Shown piece after piece: positions 17,529 through 26,639 of a stretch of 64,000 nt of DNA. The DNA is taken from the IMG/VR virus record IMGVR_UViG_3300036790_000419, positions 1-64,000 of that record, one strand, 5' to 3'. Each line of letters begins with the position of its first letter. The first letter of the stretch is position 1. The notes under the pieces are model-generated. The model made no database searches. It was given only the letters and a program-made list of their open reading frames with translations, and was not told where the DNA came from. The DNA comes from a virus. Position numbers and translations under genes: made by a program.

Positions 17529-18388
17529 GCACTCAGCAGAACGAGGCCGGGGCCTACGTGCCCCGGCTGGGCGACCGGGTGACGGTCCGTCGCTACATCG
17601 CGCCGACTACCGGCAAGCGAGAGCTGAGTTCCGTGCGCACCGGGGAAATCACCAACCTGCACCCGGAGCACGGTGAGTACAGGATCTGGCTGGACGGAAG
17701 TCCTGAGTGGATCTTCACCGGCGACCAGTTCCTGGGCGCTGGCACAGACGGGAGCGGCCCGGCATCGCTGGTGATCGAGGTAACGCCGGACACCGGAGAA
17801 CGTGAACCGGACGCCGGGCTTGCCCGGCTCCGCCTCCGCCAGGCGCAGGAGCGCATCGCCACCCGCTTCCCGCGCGTAGCGCGAGACAGCCAGCTGGCCT
17901 CCGCTCTTGAGAGCCTGGGCGACGCACTTGGCGCCGGCCCGGAGGCGAGCGACCCTGAGCACGCGAGCGCGCGTGAGGGCGACGTTTCCCGCCAGCGGCT
18001 CAGCCCGGACCTGTGGGTGGTGGTCGACGCCTCGCTGAATACCGTGCTGGAGGTAACCACCCCGTTTGACCGGATCGTGCGACGTGTCCTGGTCAGCCGC
18101 AGCGCGGTGCGGGAGGCGCTGGAGACGGCGTACGCGCTGACGGTCAAGGCTGAGGGCGAGATCGAGGAGAGCCGCCGGCGCGGCCGGGACGAGAGGCGCC
18201 GCGCGCAGGGCAGGCTCACGCAGCCCGAGGCGGTGGAGTGGCTCACCGGCAAGGGCCGGAGCCGGCGCATGGCGGTATGGATTGCCGGCCAGTTGCGTGA
18301 CGGGTACTACGTGCTCGACGCGTTCGGCATGACCTACGACGGCACCTGCTGGGTGGTGCCGGTTATCACCGAACAGCCTGCGCGGTGA
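17525..18388 (+). CDS. hypothetical protein
   Basis: 287 aa coupled ORF. Confidence 0.75.
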   Translation: MSTQQNEAGAYVPRLGDRVTVRRYIAPTTGKRELSSVRTGEITNLHPEHGEYRIWLDGSPEWIFTGDQFLGAGTDGSGPASLVIEVTPDTGEREPDAGLARLRLRQAQERIATRFPRVARDSQLASALESLGDALGAGPEASDPEHASAREGDVSRQRLSPDLWVVVDASLNTVLEVTTPFDRIVRRVLVSRSAVREALETAYALTVKAEGEIEESRRRGRDERRRAQGRLTQPEAVEWLTGKGRSRRMAVWIAGQLRDGYYVLDAFGMTYDGTCWVVPVITEQPAR

Positions 18389-18409
18389 TAACCGCGCGGC
18401 GTAGTAAGG

Positions 18410-18440
18410 AAGGGACGGCGGGGCAACCGCCGTCCCTTTT
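18410..18440 (+). terminator. intrinsic terminator
   Basis: AAGGGACGGCGG/CCGCCGTCCCTT stem followed by T residues. Confidence 0.7.
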
Positions 18441-19025
18441 ACCTGCGGGGGGGTAATCCGGGTGGTTGAGGGCGAGGAGAACGTGCTGTACGCGCGGCTG
18501 CTGAGGGAGGCGGCAGGCGCGAGCGCGGCTGACTGGGTGATGGGCGAGGCTGACGAGCGCAGCGCCATCCACCAGCGCGGCCTGTGCGTCCTGGTGGAGG
18601 CGGCCGGCTGGTGCACGGCCAGGTGGCTGCGGCTGGGCGCGTGCATTAAGGTGCAGTCGGACATACTGCTGAGCGGGGCTACCGCGCTCGGGGTCAGCAC
18701 CGAGTGGGAGGGGTGGCCGTGAGCCCGCGGGGCGGAGACACGAAGGCGATAATCCTGCCCGGCGTCTGCTGCGCGCTGTGCGGCGGCCCGGAGGGCCCCG
18801 GGCTGAACGTGCCGGTGTTCACCCCCGACGGCCGGCCGGCGTTCCCGCGGCTGTGCCAGGACTGCCTGGGGATCGTGCTGAAGGTCACGCTCTCGCTGCT
18901 CGGGCACGCCGGCGGCAAGGTCGCGGCCGTCGCGGTGAGCGTGCCCTTTGACAAGCCTGCTACTTGACTCTAGTCAAGACGATGAAGTAGACTGCCTGCA
19001 GGCAACCGAGAAGGGCAGGCACATC

Positions 19026-20120
19026 ATGGCACAGGCACTGACCACAGGCCCGCCGGTCAAGTACTCCGACGGCTGGCTCAGGCACGACATCCCCGGCACC
19101 CCGTTCTTTGTCAACGAGACCCCGAAGGGGTCGTCATTCCATGTGCTGGAGGCAGGCGCGGCAGCGTGGGGCGGTGCCCACGCGCACGGGAAGCGCGGCT
19201 CACTTCGCGCGGCGCTCAAGCTCGCTGAGGGCCTGGTGCCGAGCACCCCGGCTGACATCATGGCCCGGGTCAAGGAGACCACCCCTTATGACCATGAGAC
19301 GTTCGACCGCATGGCCTACCTGGCTGAGCCGGGACGGCGCTTGTGGGTCCTCCCGGTCTACGGCGACGATGGCTACATCGGGCTAGGCGAGGCAGCAACC
19401 GCGGCCGGCTTGCACGCTAGTGGCATCGAGATGATGTTCGGTTCCCCGTCTAGTGTCTGGTGCGTGGCGTTCACCACCGACAGCGGCCGGGAGAGCCAGC
19501 TTCACCCCATCGCGCTCAGCACCGTGGAGGAGGCGCGCGAGAAGTGGTGGATTCTCAGCCATGACGGTCGCAACCTGGTCAGCGGCGGGCACTCCGACCG
19601 CGCGAGGATGGAGCGCCTCGCGCTCGACTACCCCGGCAGCCAGGTTTACCAGGGCTGCATGTTCATCCGCGAGGACGGGAGCGTGTTCACGACGCTGGTG
19701 TCCTTCGCTGACCCGTACCTGGCTGAGCTGACCGCGCGGCGCAAGGCTGACCGTGCCGCCATGGCCCGCCGGGTAGTCGACCTGGCCGGCGAGTACAAGC
19801 TGGCAGCATGGCACAGGCCGGAGCTGCCGGGGACCAAGCGGACCGACGTCGACCTGGAGTGCCCGCACGGGCTGAAGGTGACCGTCAGGTTCGAGGCCAG
19901 CGGCACCCGCGCCCCGGATACCTACCTGCTGAGCTGGCACGGGGTGGAAGAGGGCGTGCGGCTGCACCCGGGCATGTTCAACCATGTCAACCCGTGCCAC
20001 GGGTGCAAGGCCACCGACGTGGCGCACGGGTTCGCTCAGCTGCTGCGCATCCTGCGGGAGCGGTTCGCGGTCATTCGCGACGACTCCGCGTTCATCCGCG
20101 ACCCGGAGAGCGCCCGATGA
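19026..20120 (+). CDS. hypothetical multidomain protein
   Basis: After promoter 18963 and the full leader. Confidence 0.8.
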   Translation: MAQALTTGPPVKYSDGWLRHDIPGTPFFVNETPKGSSFHVLEAGAAAWGGAHAHGKRGSLRAALKLAEGLVPSTPADIMARVKETTPYDHETFDRMAYLAEPGRRLWVLPVYGDDGYIGLGEAATAAGLHASGIEMMFGSPSSVWCVAFTTDSGRESQLHPIALSTVEEAREKWWILSHDGRNLVSGGHSDRARMERLALDYPGSQVYQGCMFIREDGSVFTTLVSFADPYLAELTARRKADRAAMARRVVDLAGEYKLAAWHRPELPGTKRTDVDLECPHGLKVTVRFEASGTRAPDTYLLSWHGVEEGVRLHPGMFNHVNPCHGCKATDVAHGFAQLLRILRERFAVIRDDSAFIRDPESAR

Positions 20121-20172
20121 CGGATGACCCGGGCGCGCGGCGTGCTCTCGCTAAGCTCGACATGGGACGATC

Positions 20173-20445
20173 GTGAACAGCACCGGTGACGTCGCGGCGA
20201 CCTGGGAGCTGCTGACTGAGGGGGAGCGCAAGGTGCTGGCCGTCATCGGCCGGGGGAACGGCGTGACGACTCCGCAGGAGGCCGGGCGGGTGACCGGGAC
20301 GACGTGGCAGGCTGCCGCGCGGCACGCGCGCATGCTGCGGGCGCTGGGCCTGGTCACCGTGACCTCGCTGCCCAAGCAGGTGAGCTACGCGCTGTCCGGG
20401 CGGGGCCGGGCGTGCCTGGCCGCCGGGGAGGGGCCGCCGGCGTGA
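20173..20445 (+). CDS. winged-helix DNA-binding protein (MarR/ArsR-like)
   Basis: LTEGERKVL...TWQAAARHARMLRALGLV...YALSGRG. Confidence 0.65.
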   Translation: MNSTGDVAATWELLTEGERKVLAVIGRGNGVTTPQEAGRVTGTTWQAAARHARMLRALGLVTVTSLPKQVSYALSGRGRACLAAGEGPPA

Positions 20446-20544
20446 GGAGGCTGAGCGCGGTCAGCACTGACGCTTGACTCAAGTCAAGTCATGCCCTAGA
20501 CTTGCCCTTGTAAGCAACCCAACTCCACAGGGCAGGCACACACC

Positions 20545-20730
20545 ATGGACGTTGAGAGCACCCGTCAGGGCATCAGCCGCCGGCCGCGAGTCGGCGGGGA
20601 CGAGGTCGACGCGCTTAACCCCGGGCACCGCGTGTACGCGTGGCGCCCCGGCGAGCGCAAGCGCATCAAGGCCGGGGCCAACCGCCGCGAGCGCCGCGGC
20701 GCTCGCCGGACGCTGCGCGGCCGGTACTGA
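20545..20730 (+). CDS. small basic protein
   Basis: After promoter and leader. Confidence 0.7.
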   Translation: MDVESTRQGISRRPRVGGDEVDALNPGHRVYAWRPGERKRIKAGANRRERRGARRTLRGRY

Positions 20731-21002
20731 CGACCAGGGCGAGGCGGCCAGGCTAGGACAGCTGGCCGCCCCTTCTGTGTCTTGACTCCACGAGGGGAGG
20801 TGAGCATGCGCGGCAGCCACGCGGGCGAGGAGAAGCCTGAGGGTAACCCGGCTTACGAGCCGAGGCACGGCAAGTAAGGGCAGGCGCGGGCGAAGAACCT
20901 GGAGTCAGCCCGGTAGCAGCGACAGCTACCGGGCTGACTGCTGTCTTGACCCGAGTTAAGCCGTGCACTATGCTGGCACCGGGCCGGAGAGGAGCCGGGC
21001 AC

Positions 21003-21272
21003 ATGAGCATTACTGACGGGCACTGGCCGGTGGCGCGCAAGGTGCCCGAGCTGGGCAACCGGACGGCCATCTGCTGCGCGTGCGGGGAGCGCCCCAAGAA
21101 GATCGCCGCGCGCGTGAGCATGCTCCACGTGTGGCACCAGGTGCACCGGCGCGGCCTGCGGCTGCGGCCGGTCAGTTACGCGTGGCCGGGCCGCATGGAG
21201 GGCCCGAGCGCCGGCGGTTACGTCAAGGCGCCCGGCTGCAAGTGGGAAAACGGGAACTGGGTATCTGCTTGA
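21003..21272 (+). CDS. hypothetical protein
   Basis: After promoter 20945; AGGAG RBS. Confidence 0.65.
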   Translation: MSITDGHWPVARKVPELGNRTAICCACGERPKKIAARVSMLHVWHQVHRRGLRLRPVSYAWPGRMEGPSAGGYVKAPGCKWENGNWVSA

Positions 21273-21340
21273 CTTGAGTTAAATCATCCCCTACCGTAAC
21301 CATCATCAGCATCACCAGACGAAGGGCAGGCACACCACTC

Positions 21341-21925
21341 ATGAACATCACCAGAGCCGTTACAGCGGCCTCGCTGCTAGCCGGCGCGGCTCTCGCCGTC
21401 ACCGCGTGCGGGCCGACTGTGGCCAAGACCCCGGCCACCGCGCCGTCCACGTTCGGGCCCGCGGCAACGTCTGCCCCGGCCTCGCCGGGCCAGGCCGGCT
21501 CCGGCCCGCTCGGCACGAGCTACACGGTCACCACCACCGACGACAGCGGCAACGCCGTGGCCTACAAGGTCATCCTGGGCAGGGTTGACCAGCATGCCGG
21601 GCTGACCGCGTACGAGACGCTGGACAAGCCGGGCGACCACATGGCCGCGGCCCGGTTCACCATCACCGGAGTGACCGGGCAGGAGAGCGACGACGCCAAC
21701 AACGACGCGACCGCCGTCGGCACGGACACCACCGAGTACCAGCCGTCGTTCACCTCCGTTACCGACGGCGGGAACTTCAGCAGCGGCACGTTCAGCGTCA
21801 GCCCGGGCGAGACGGTCAGCGGGTGGGTGGCTTTCGAGCTGGCGCCCGGGCAGTCGGTCGCCTCGGTGCAGTGGTCGCCGAGCAGCGGCTTCAGCGGCAG
21901 CCATGCCACCTGGACGCTCGGCTAG
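21341..21925 (+). CDS. lipoprotein, DUF4352-like beta-sandwich
   Basis: Signal peptide with lipobox AVTAC; VSPGETVSGWVAFE motif. Confidence 0.75.
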   Translation: MNITRAVTAASLLAGAALAVTACGPTVAKTPATAPSTFGPAATSAPASPGQAGSGPLGTSYTVTTTDDSGNAVAYKVILGRVDQHAGLTAYETLDKPGDHMAAARFTITGVTGQESDDANNDATAVGTDTTEYQPSFTSVTDGGNFSSGTFSVSPGETVSGWVAFELAPGQSVASVQWSPSSGFSGSHATWTLG

Positions 21926-21947
21926 CGTCTGACCTGTACCGCTGAGC

Positions 21948-21988
21948 GCTAGCCTGCCTCCCTGTGCCCGGGGAGGCGGGCTAGCTTT
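21948..21988 (+). terminator. intrinsic terminator
   Basis: GCTAGCCTGCCTCCC/GGGAGGCGGGCTAGC followed by TTT. Confidence 0.7.
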
Positions 21989-22080
21989 GTCTTGACTTGA
22001 GTCAAGCTAATGCGTACAGTGGGGTCACGACCAACCGAAGGGCAGGCACTCATGAGTGAAACCACGGGCCACGGTGCGGC

Positions 22081-22362
22081 ATGAGGACGTACGCCCTGCG
22101 GCTGCGCGCCGGGGCCGACCCGGCGTTCGCCGCCGAGCTTGCCGAGGAACTGGCGTCCCTCGCCGAGTCGAGGGACTACTTCACCCACCCCCAGCACATG
22201 ACGCCGCCGGAGAAGTGCGAGGCCTGCGGCACGCTGGTCACGTTCGTTCCCGAGGTGCACATCGACCGCCGCGACAGTAAGCCGGAGCCCGGGCTGTGGG
22301 AGGCAGGCCAGTGGCGCAAGCACACCCCGCGCCGCTGCAAGGCGATGCGGAGGGATGGCTGA
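22081..22362 (+). CDS. hypothetical protein
   Basis: Coupled to a 10-codon ORF at 22052-22084. Confidence 0.65.
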   Translation: MRTYALRLRAGADPAFAAELAEELASLAESRDYFTHPQHMTPPEKCEACGTLVTFVPEVHIDRRDSKPEPGLWEAGQWRKHTPRRCKAMRRDG

Positions 22363-22526
22363 TGTGCGTTAGGAGGGCAAGACGAAGCCACGGGAAACGT
22401 GAGGGCTGGAAGTAGCGTCAGCAGCGGGCCCGCCCTGTGCACGGAACAGGGCGGGCCCGCTGCTGTCTTGACTCAAGTCAAGCTATGCCCTAAGCTGATG
22501 ACAGGCAACCGAGAGAGGCGGGCACC

Positions 22527-22910
22527 ATGACTTACCAGGTAACAGGGCCAACGGGCATGAGGCACAAGGTCGAGGCCGGCATGCCGACCGGGGATGTCGC
22601 CATCAAGATGTGGAACGGGGACGTCAAGCCGTTGCTGGCCTGCGGCCGGACGCTCAAGCAAGTGGTCAACTTCTACCAGGCCGAAGCGCTGCCGGGCGGC
22701 TACGCGTGCTCGAAGTGCTTCCCGCCGGACCCCACGCTTCCCAAGGGCGCGACGGTCGTTATCCAGCTGGCCGGCACGCAGGTAATCCTGACCGGCCGGG
22801 GCTTTTACGCCCGCTGCCAGCGGTGCCCGTGGACATCAGGGGAAACCGTGAGCGCCCGTTACACGGCGCGCAGCGCGGCCGAGGGCCACGAGAGGAGCTG
22901 CGCGTCATGA
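22527..22910 (+). CDS. hypothetical Zn-finger-like protein
   Basis: CSKC, CQRC...H. Confidence 0.7.
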   Translation: MTYQVTGPTGMRHKVEAGMPTGDVAIKMWNGDVKPLLACGRTLKQVVNFYQAEALPGGYACSKCFPPDPTLPKGATVVIQLAGTQVILTGRGFYARCQRCPWTSGETVSARYTARSAAEGHERSCAS

Positions 22911-23128
22911 GTGAGCGCCTGGAGCCGGGCACCGCGGTACGCATCGAGATCCTGTGTTCCCGGCCGCGCATCGGGCAGACGTCCGTGCGCGTGAGGCGGG
23001 CACAGGGAACCGTGCTCGGGCCGGTGGCGTTCGAACCTGGCATGACCCGCGTACGGGTCAACGGCGAGGCCGTCCGCCTGCTGAGCGAGTACCTGACCCC
23101 GGCTGAAGAGGAGAGGTGCACGCCGTGA
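22907..23128 (+). CDS. hypothetical protein
   Basis: ATGA coupling. Confidence 0.6.
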   Translation: MSERLEPGTAVRIEILCSRPRIGQTSVRVRRAQGTVLGPVAFEPGMTRVRVNGEAVRLLSEYLTPAEEERCTP

Positions 23129-23355
23129 CCCGGGACGAGTGGGAAGCGCGCATTCCGCTTTACGCGGACGGTTCTCCGGTCAAGTCCGGAGACAAGATCC
23201 GTTACAGGCAGGCACCTGGCGGGCTGATGGCCCGTGACGAGGCGTGGACCTACGGGACTGCGGTCCCCTTCCCGCAAGACGGGGAACTGGTGCTGGAAGC
23301 TGACGGACACTACTACATGCTGTTCAGCCACGAAATCGAGAGGTGCACGCCGTGA
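23125..23355 (+). CDS. hypothetical protein
   Basis: GTGA coupling; flanked by an 18-bp direct repeat. Confidence 0.6.
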   Translation: MTRDEWEARIPLYADGSPVKSGDKIRYRQAPGGLMARDEAWTYGTAVPFPQDGELVLEADGHYYMLFSHEIERCTP

Positions 23356-23777
23356 GCATGATCGGGGAACTGTGCACCGAGGGCTGGGAGCGCAACCTTC
23401 CGCGCACCGGCCGCCAGGTGGCGGAGGCCATCGCCGCGCAGCGCCAGGCGGAATGGGACTGGGGTTTCGCCCGGGTCAAGAGCGGTGACGAGCTGGTGAG
23501 CTACACCGCGGTCAACCGGGCGGCCTACCAGGCGCGCGTGAACGCGCTGCGCGCGTCGGGCGAGGCCGGCGGGCAGGAGTACCAGCTAGCGCTCACGTGG
23601 GCGCGCACCATGGCCGCGCACATCGCGGACGGGGCCGAGCGCTGCATGGTCGAGCGGGTTATCGAGTTGCACCAGCAGTGCCGCCCGGTGGTGTCATGGT
23701 CCGCCATGACGCTGCCGATGCGTACCGCCTGGCTGGCCCTGGAGGGCAGGACAAGGCCGTGGGAACCTGCTCAGTAG
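23352..23777 (+). CDS. hypothetical protein
   Basis: Coupled ORF. Confidence 0.65.
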   Translation: MSMIGELCTEGWERNLPRTGRQVAEAIAAQRQAEWDWGFARVKSGDELVSYTAVNRAAYQARVNALRASGEAGGQEYQLALTWARTMAAHIADGAERCMVERVIELHQQCRPVVSWSAMTLPMRTAWLALEGRTRPWEPAQ

Positions 23778-23839
23778 CTTGACTCAAGTCAAGACATAGC
23801 CTACGCTTGCGAGTACCGACCACGAAGGGCGGGCACCCG

Positions 23840-24223
23840 ATGAGCACGCTCCCCGACCAAGCCGTCGTTTCTAGCCCGTACGTGTCGTACGAGGGCGGGA
23901 CGCGGGTCCTGGTCGTGTCGCCGGCACCCGGTGCCGAAGCCTGGTACCGCGTTGAGACGTGGGGCTACGCCGTGCAGCGGTGGACCTGGCAGGCCGACGT
24001 CGTGAACCTGCGCGACCTCGCCGCCTACGTGCACCCGCGTGAGCTGGTTGACGCCGACAGCGCCGAGCTGTGGGCGAACGTGGACCCGCGGTTGCCCGCC
24101 TGCATCGCCCGCGCCCGGATGGCGTGCGAAGGCCGGCCGCTGAAACTGCGGGTGGCCGGCAGCGAGCAGCTACGGGAATGGCAGTACGACCCCTACGCGC
24201 CCAAGGGCGACGAAACCGAGTGA
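23840..24223 (+). CDS. hypothetical protein
   Basis: After promoter and leader. Confidence 0.7.
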   Translation: MSTLPDQAVVSSPYVSYEGGTRVLVVSPAPGAEAWYRVETWGYAVQRWTWQADVVNLRDLAAYVHPRELVDADSAELWANVDPRLPACIARARMACEGRPLKLRVAGSEQLREWQYDPYAPKGDETE

Positions 24224-24237
24224 AGGGCAGGCACGTC

Positions 24238-24624
24238 ATGAGCAAGCGAGAGCCTGAGACGCTGGGCGGGCTGGAAGTGACCAGCCTGCGCGGCGAGGGG
24301 AAAGCGTGGTACGTGGCTCATGCTGCCAGCGGGATAGAGGTGTTCGGCAGCGGGTGGCTGCGGCAAAAGCGCTTCGCGCTGGAGGCGCGCGCGGATCTCC
24401 TCGCGACCGGGGTCGACTGGACCCTGAGCGTTGCGGGCCTGAGCGGAAAGCTAGGGGCCGCGTGGCCTGTTGTCGCGCTGTGGCGGTTCCGCGCGGGACA
24501 AGACGAGATCGACTTGCGGACCGGAGAGCACTACAGCTGGTCGGTTCATTACGGCCAGGTCGTCCCGAGTGCCGAGCACGCTAAGCGCCTCGGCGAGGCG
24601 TTCGCGTCCTACGTGTGGAGCTGA
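24238..24624 (+). CDS. hypothetical protein
   Basis: Leader motif. Confidence 0.7.
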   Translation: MSKREPETLGGLEVTSLRGEGKAWYVAHAASGIEVFGSGWLRQKRFALEARADLLATGVDWTLSVAGLSGKLGAAWPVVALWRFRAGQDEIDLRTGEHYSWSVHYGQVVPSAEHAKRLGEAFASYVWS

Positions 24625-24627
24625 GCT

Positions 24628-25083
24628 GTGGACATGAGCGGAGAGCAGCGCGAGCAGGCAGCCAGGGGCGTAGTGGCGGTGCGCGGGATGCTGGCGGAAT
24701 GGCAGGCTCTACGGGCTGAGCTGCGCGCCATCGAAGAGGCCGAGCACCCCGCGTTTACCGACAGGTTCGGCCGGCTGTGGACGTGGAAGTCCAAAGAGCT
24801 GTGGCACCACGATGACACGCTGGCGATGTCGCGAGACATGGTCGACGCGCTGACCGGGCTTCCGCCCGAGAGGCTGCGCGGCAACCCGAACTACTGGCAG
24901 CTCTGTGACATCTGCCGTAGCCGGTGGCGCGACACCTCGCCCGTCTCCCCGCGCATCCTGCTGAGCGGCAGCGGCTATTACGACGTGCGAGACGGCAAGT
25001 ACTACGCGGAGCGCGAGGGGTCGCACGCACCCGAGGACGCAGCCGACCTGGCCCGCTGGGAAGCTGACGGGGGAGCGTCGTGA
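24628..25083 (+). CDS. hypothetical protein
   Basis: Operonic ORF. Confidence 0.65.
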   Translation: MDMSGEQREQAARGVVAVRGMLAEWQALRAELRAIEEAEHPAFTDRFGRLWTWKSKELWHHDDTLAMSRDMVDALTGLPPERLRGNPNYWQLCDICRSRWRDTSPVSPRILLSGSGYYDVRDGKYYAEREGSHAPEDAADLARWEADGGAS

Positions 25084-25313
25084 GCGGTTTCGTTAACAGC
25101 CCTACTGCTGACTGCCTTTACTGCGGCAAGCCGGTCCGGCGCAATAGCGCGGGCATCTGGGGAGCGCGCAAGCGCGATGACCCGCACCCGTGGTACTGCG
25201 ACCTTAGCCCTGATGACGACAAGCGCCATGCTCCGTCACCAGCGCCTGAGATGACCGAAGGCCAGCGGATAGTCGAGGAGTCGCTACTTGACTCAAGTCA
25301 AGACACAGCCTAA
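25080..25313 (+). CDS. hypothetical protein
   Basis: CLYCG; coupled. Confidence 0.55.
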   Translation: MSGFVNSPTADCLYCGKPVRRNSAGIWGARKRDDPHPWYCDLSPDDDKRHAPSPAPEMTEGQRIVEESLLDSSQDTA

Positions 25314-25356
25314 GCTGTACCTGTAAGCAGGCAGCCGAGCAGAGGGCAGGCACGTC

Positions 25357-25641
25357 ATGAAGTTCACCGTCACCTACTGGGAGCACCGGCAGGTTTCCGC
25401 GGTCGCCGAAGAGGACGAGGTTCTAGAAGCGCTGCGCAGTTACATCGAGGGCAACCCCGGCGACAGCTACAGGCAGCGTGCCGCCTCTGCGGCGGTTGAC
25501 ATCGGCGTAGGCCGTGAGCCGTCCGACATGGGCATCATCGCCCTGGCGCTGCGCGAGATCAGCTTCGAGGCACCCGCCGGCACTGAGCCGGACCGGGCGG
25601 ACGAGAACACGGACTACACCGCGGACATCAGGCCGTCATGA
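25357..25641 (+). CDS. hypothetical protein
   Basis: After promoter and leader. Confidence 0.7.
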   Translation: MKFTVTYWEHRQVSAVAEEDEVLEALRSYIEGNPGDSYRQRAASAAVDIGVGREPSDMGIIALALREISFEAPAGTEPDRADENTDYTADIRPS

Positions 25642-25961
25642 CACGGGAGACGTACAAGGGCCGCAAGCTTAAGGTCGTCAAGTCCGGTGACGGCGGGCTC
25701 ATCGGCTCCGTCAACGGCCAGGCGGAATTCGCACGTTACGGCGTGACGGCTCAGCAGGTAATCGAGCAGTTCCGCCGCGACATTGACCTGGTTGACCAGG
25801 ACCCGGTTATCAACGGCCGGTGGGGTGCGTACATGTACGCACCCGGCACGTACGTGCTGTGCGAGAACGGCCACCCGAAGACCCCGGGCGGTACCTGCCG
25901 TCATGACTACTGCCGTGCTGCGGCAGCGGGTGAAGAGGCCCAGGGAGGCGATGACGAGTGA
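25638..25961 (+). CDS. hypothetical protein
   Basis: ATGA coupling. Confidence 0.7.
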   Translation: MTRETYKGRKLKVVKSGDGGLIGSVNGQAEFARYGVTAQQVIEQFRRDIDLVDQDPVINGRWGAYMYAPGTYVLCENGHPKTPGGTCRHDYCRAAAAGEEAQGGDDE

Positions 25962-26539
25962 GCACCCTGGCTGAGCTGCACGCGGAGGCGGTCGCGCACC
26001 TGAGCGCGCGCCCCGTTCTCCCGTGCGCCGAGTGCGGTACGCCGATGACGCACGGTCAGGGCACCGACGGAGGCAGGGACGTCTTTACCGACGTGGCTGT
26101 CGACGGATCGGCCTACGGTCCCGCGGTTGACCTGGCTCCGCTCTTCGACCCGTCGGCTAACTGGCTGGGCGAGTCCAGCCCGTATGCCTACCTGGCCAGG
26201 CTGGGGGACTTGTGCAGCGAGGCGACGTCGGCGAAGCGCGCGTCGACCACCTGGCTGTATGAGCGGACGATCCGCGAGTACGTGTCGCTGAAAGTCCGCC
26301 TTGACACCGGCGGTTACTACCACAGCCACACCCCGGCGCGCGAGCCGTGGACCTACGACCCCTCGCGCGAGGTCGCCGGCGAGCGGGAGTGCGCCTGCCA
26401 CTGCGGCCGGCCGGCGTGGCTCCGTCCGTCGGGCTGGTACTGCCGTGAGTGCGGCGGCCTGCTGACCGACGCGACCGCTGAAATCCGCATGGCTCCTGTC
26501 TACGCGGACGAGGCGCGGCCAGTCACGCCGGCATCCTAG
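25958..26539 (+). CDS. hypothetical protein with CxxC motifs
   Basis: Coupled; CAECG, CHCG, CRECG. Confidence 0.7.
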   Translation: MSTLAELHAEAVAHLSARPVLPCAECGTPMTHGQGTDGGRDVFTDVAVDGSAYGPAVDLAPLFDPSANWLGESSPYAYLARLGDLCSEATSAKRASTTWLYERTIREYVSLKVRLDTGGYYHSHTPAREPWTYDPSREVAGERECACHCGRPAWLRPSGWYCRECGGLLTDATAEIRMAPVYADEARPVTPAS

Positions 26540-26639
26540 CTAGGCACCTCGCGAGGCTGTACCCGTGAGCGCTTGACTCAAGTCAAGTCATGGGTATAGC
26601 CTCGCAGCATCATCAACCCACGAGCACAGGTGAGGCACC

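Noticed and set aside
20828-20856. AACCCGGCTTA resembling RNase P RNA conserved region V
   Set aside because: No GAGGAAAGTCC partner and no room for the rest of the fold; likely chance.
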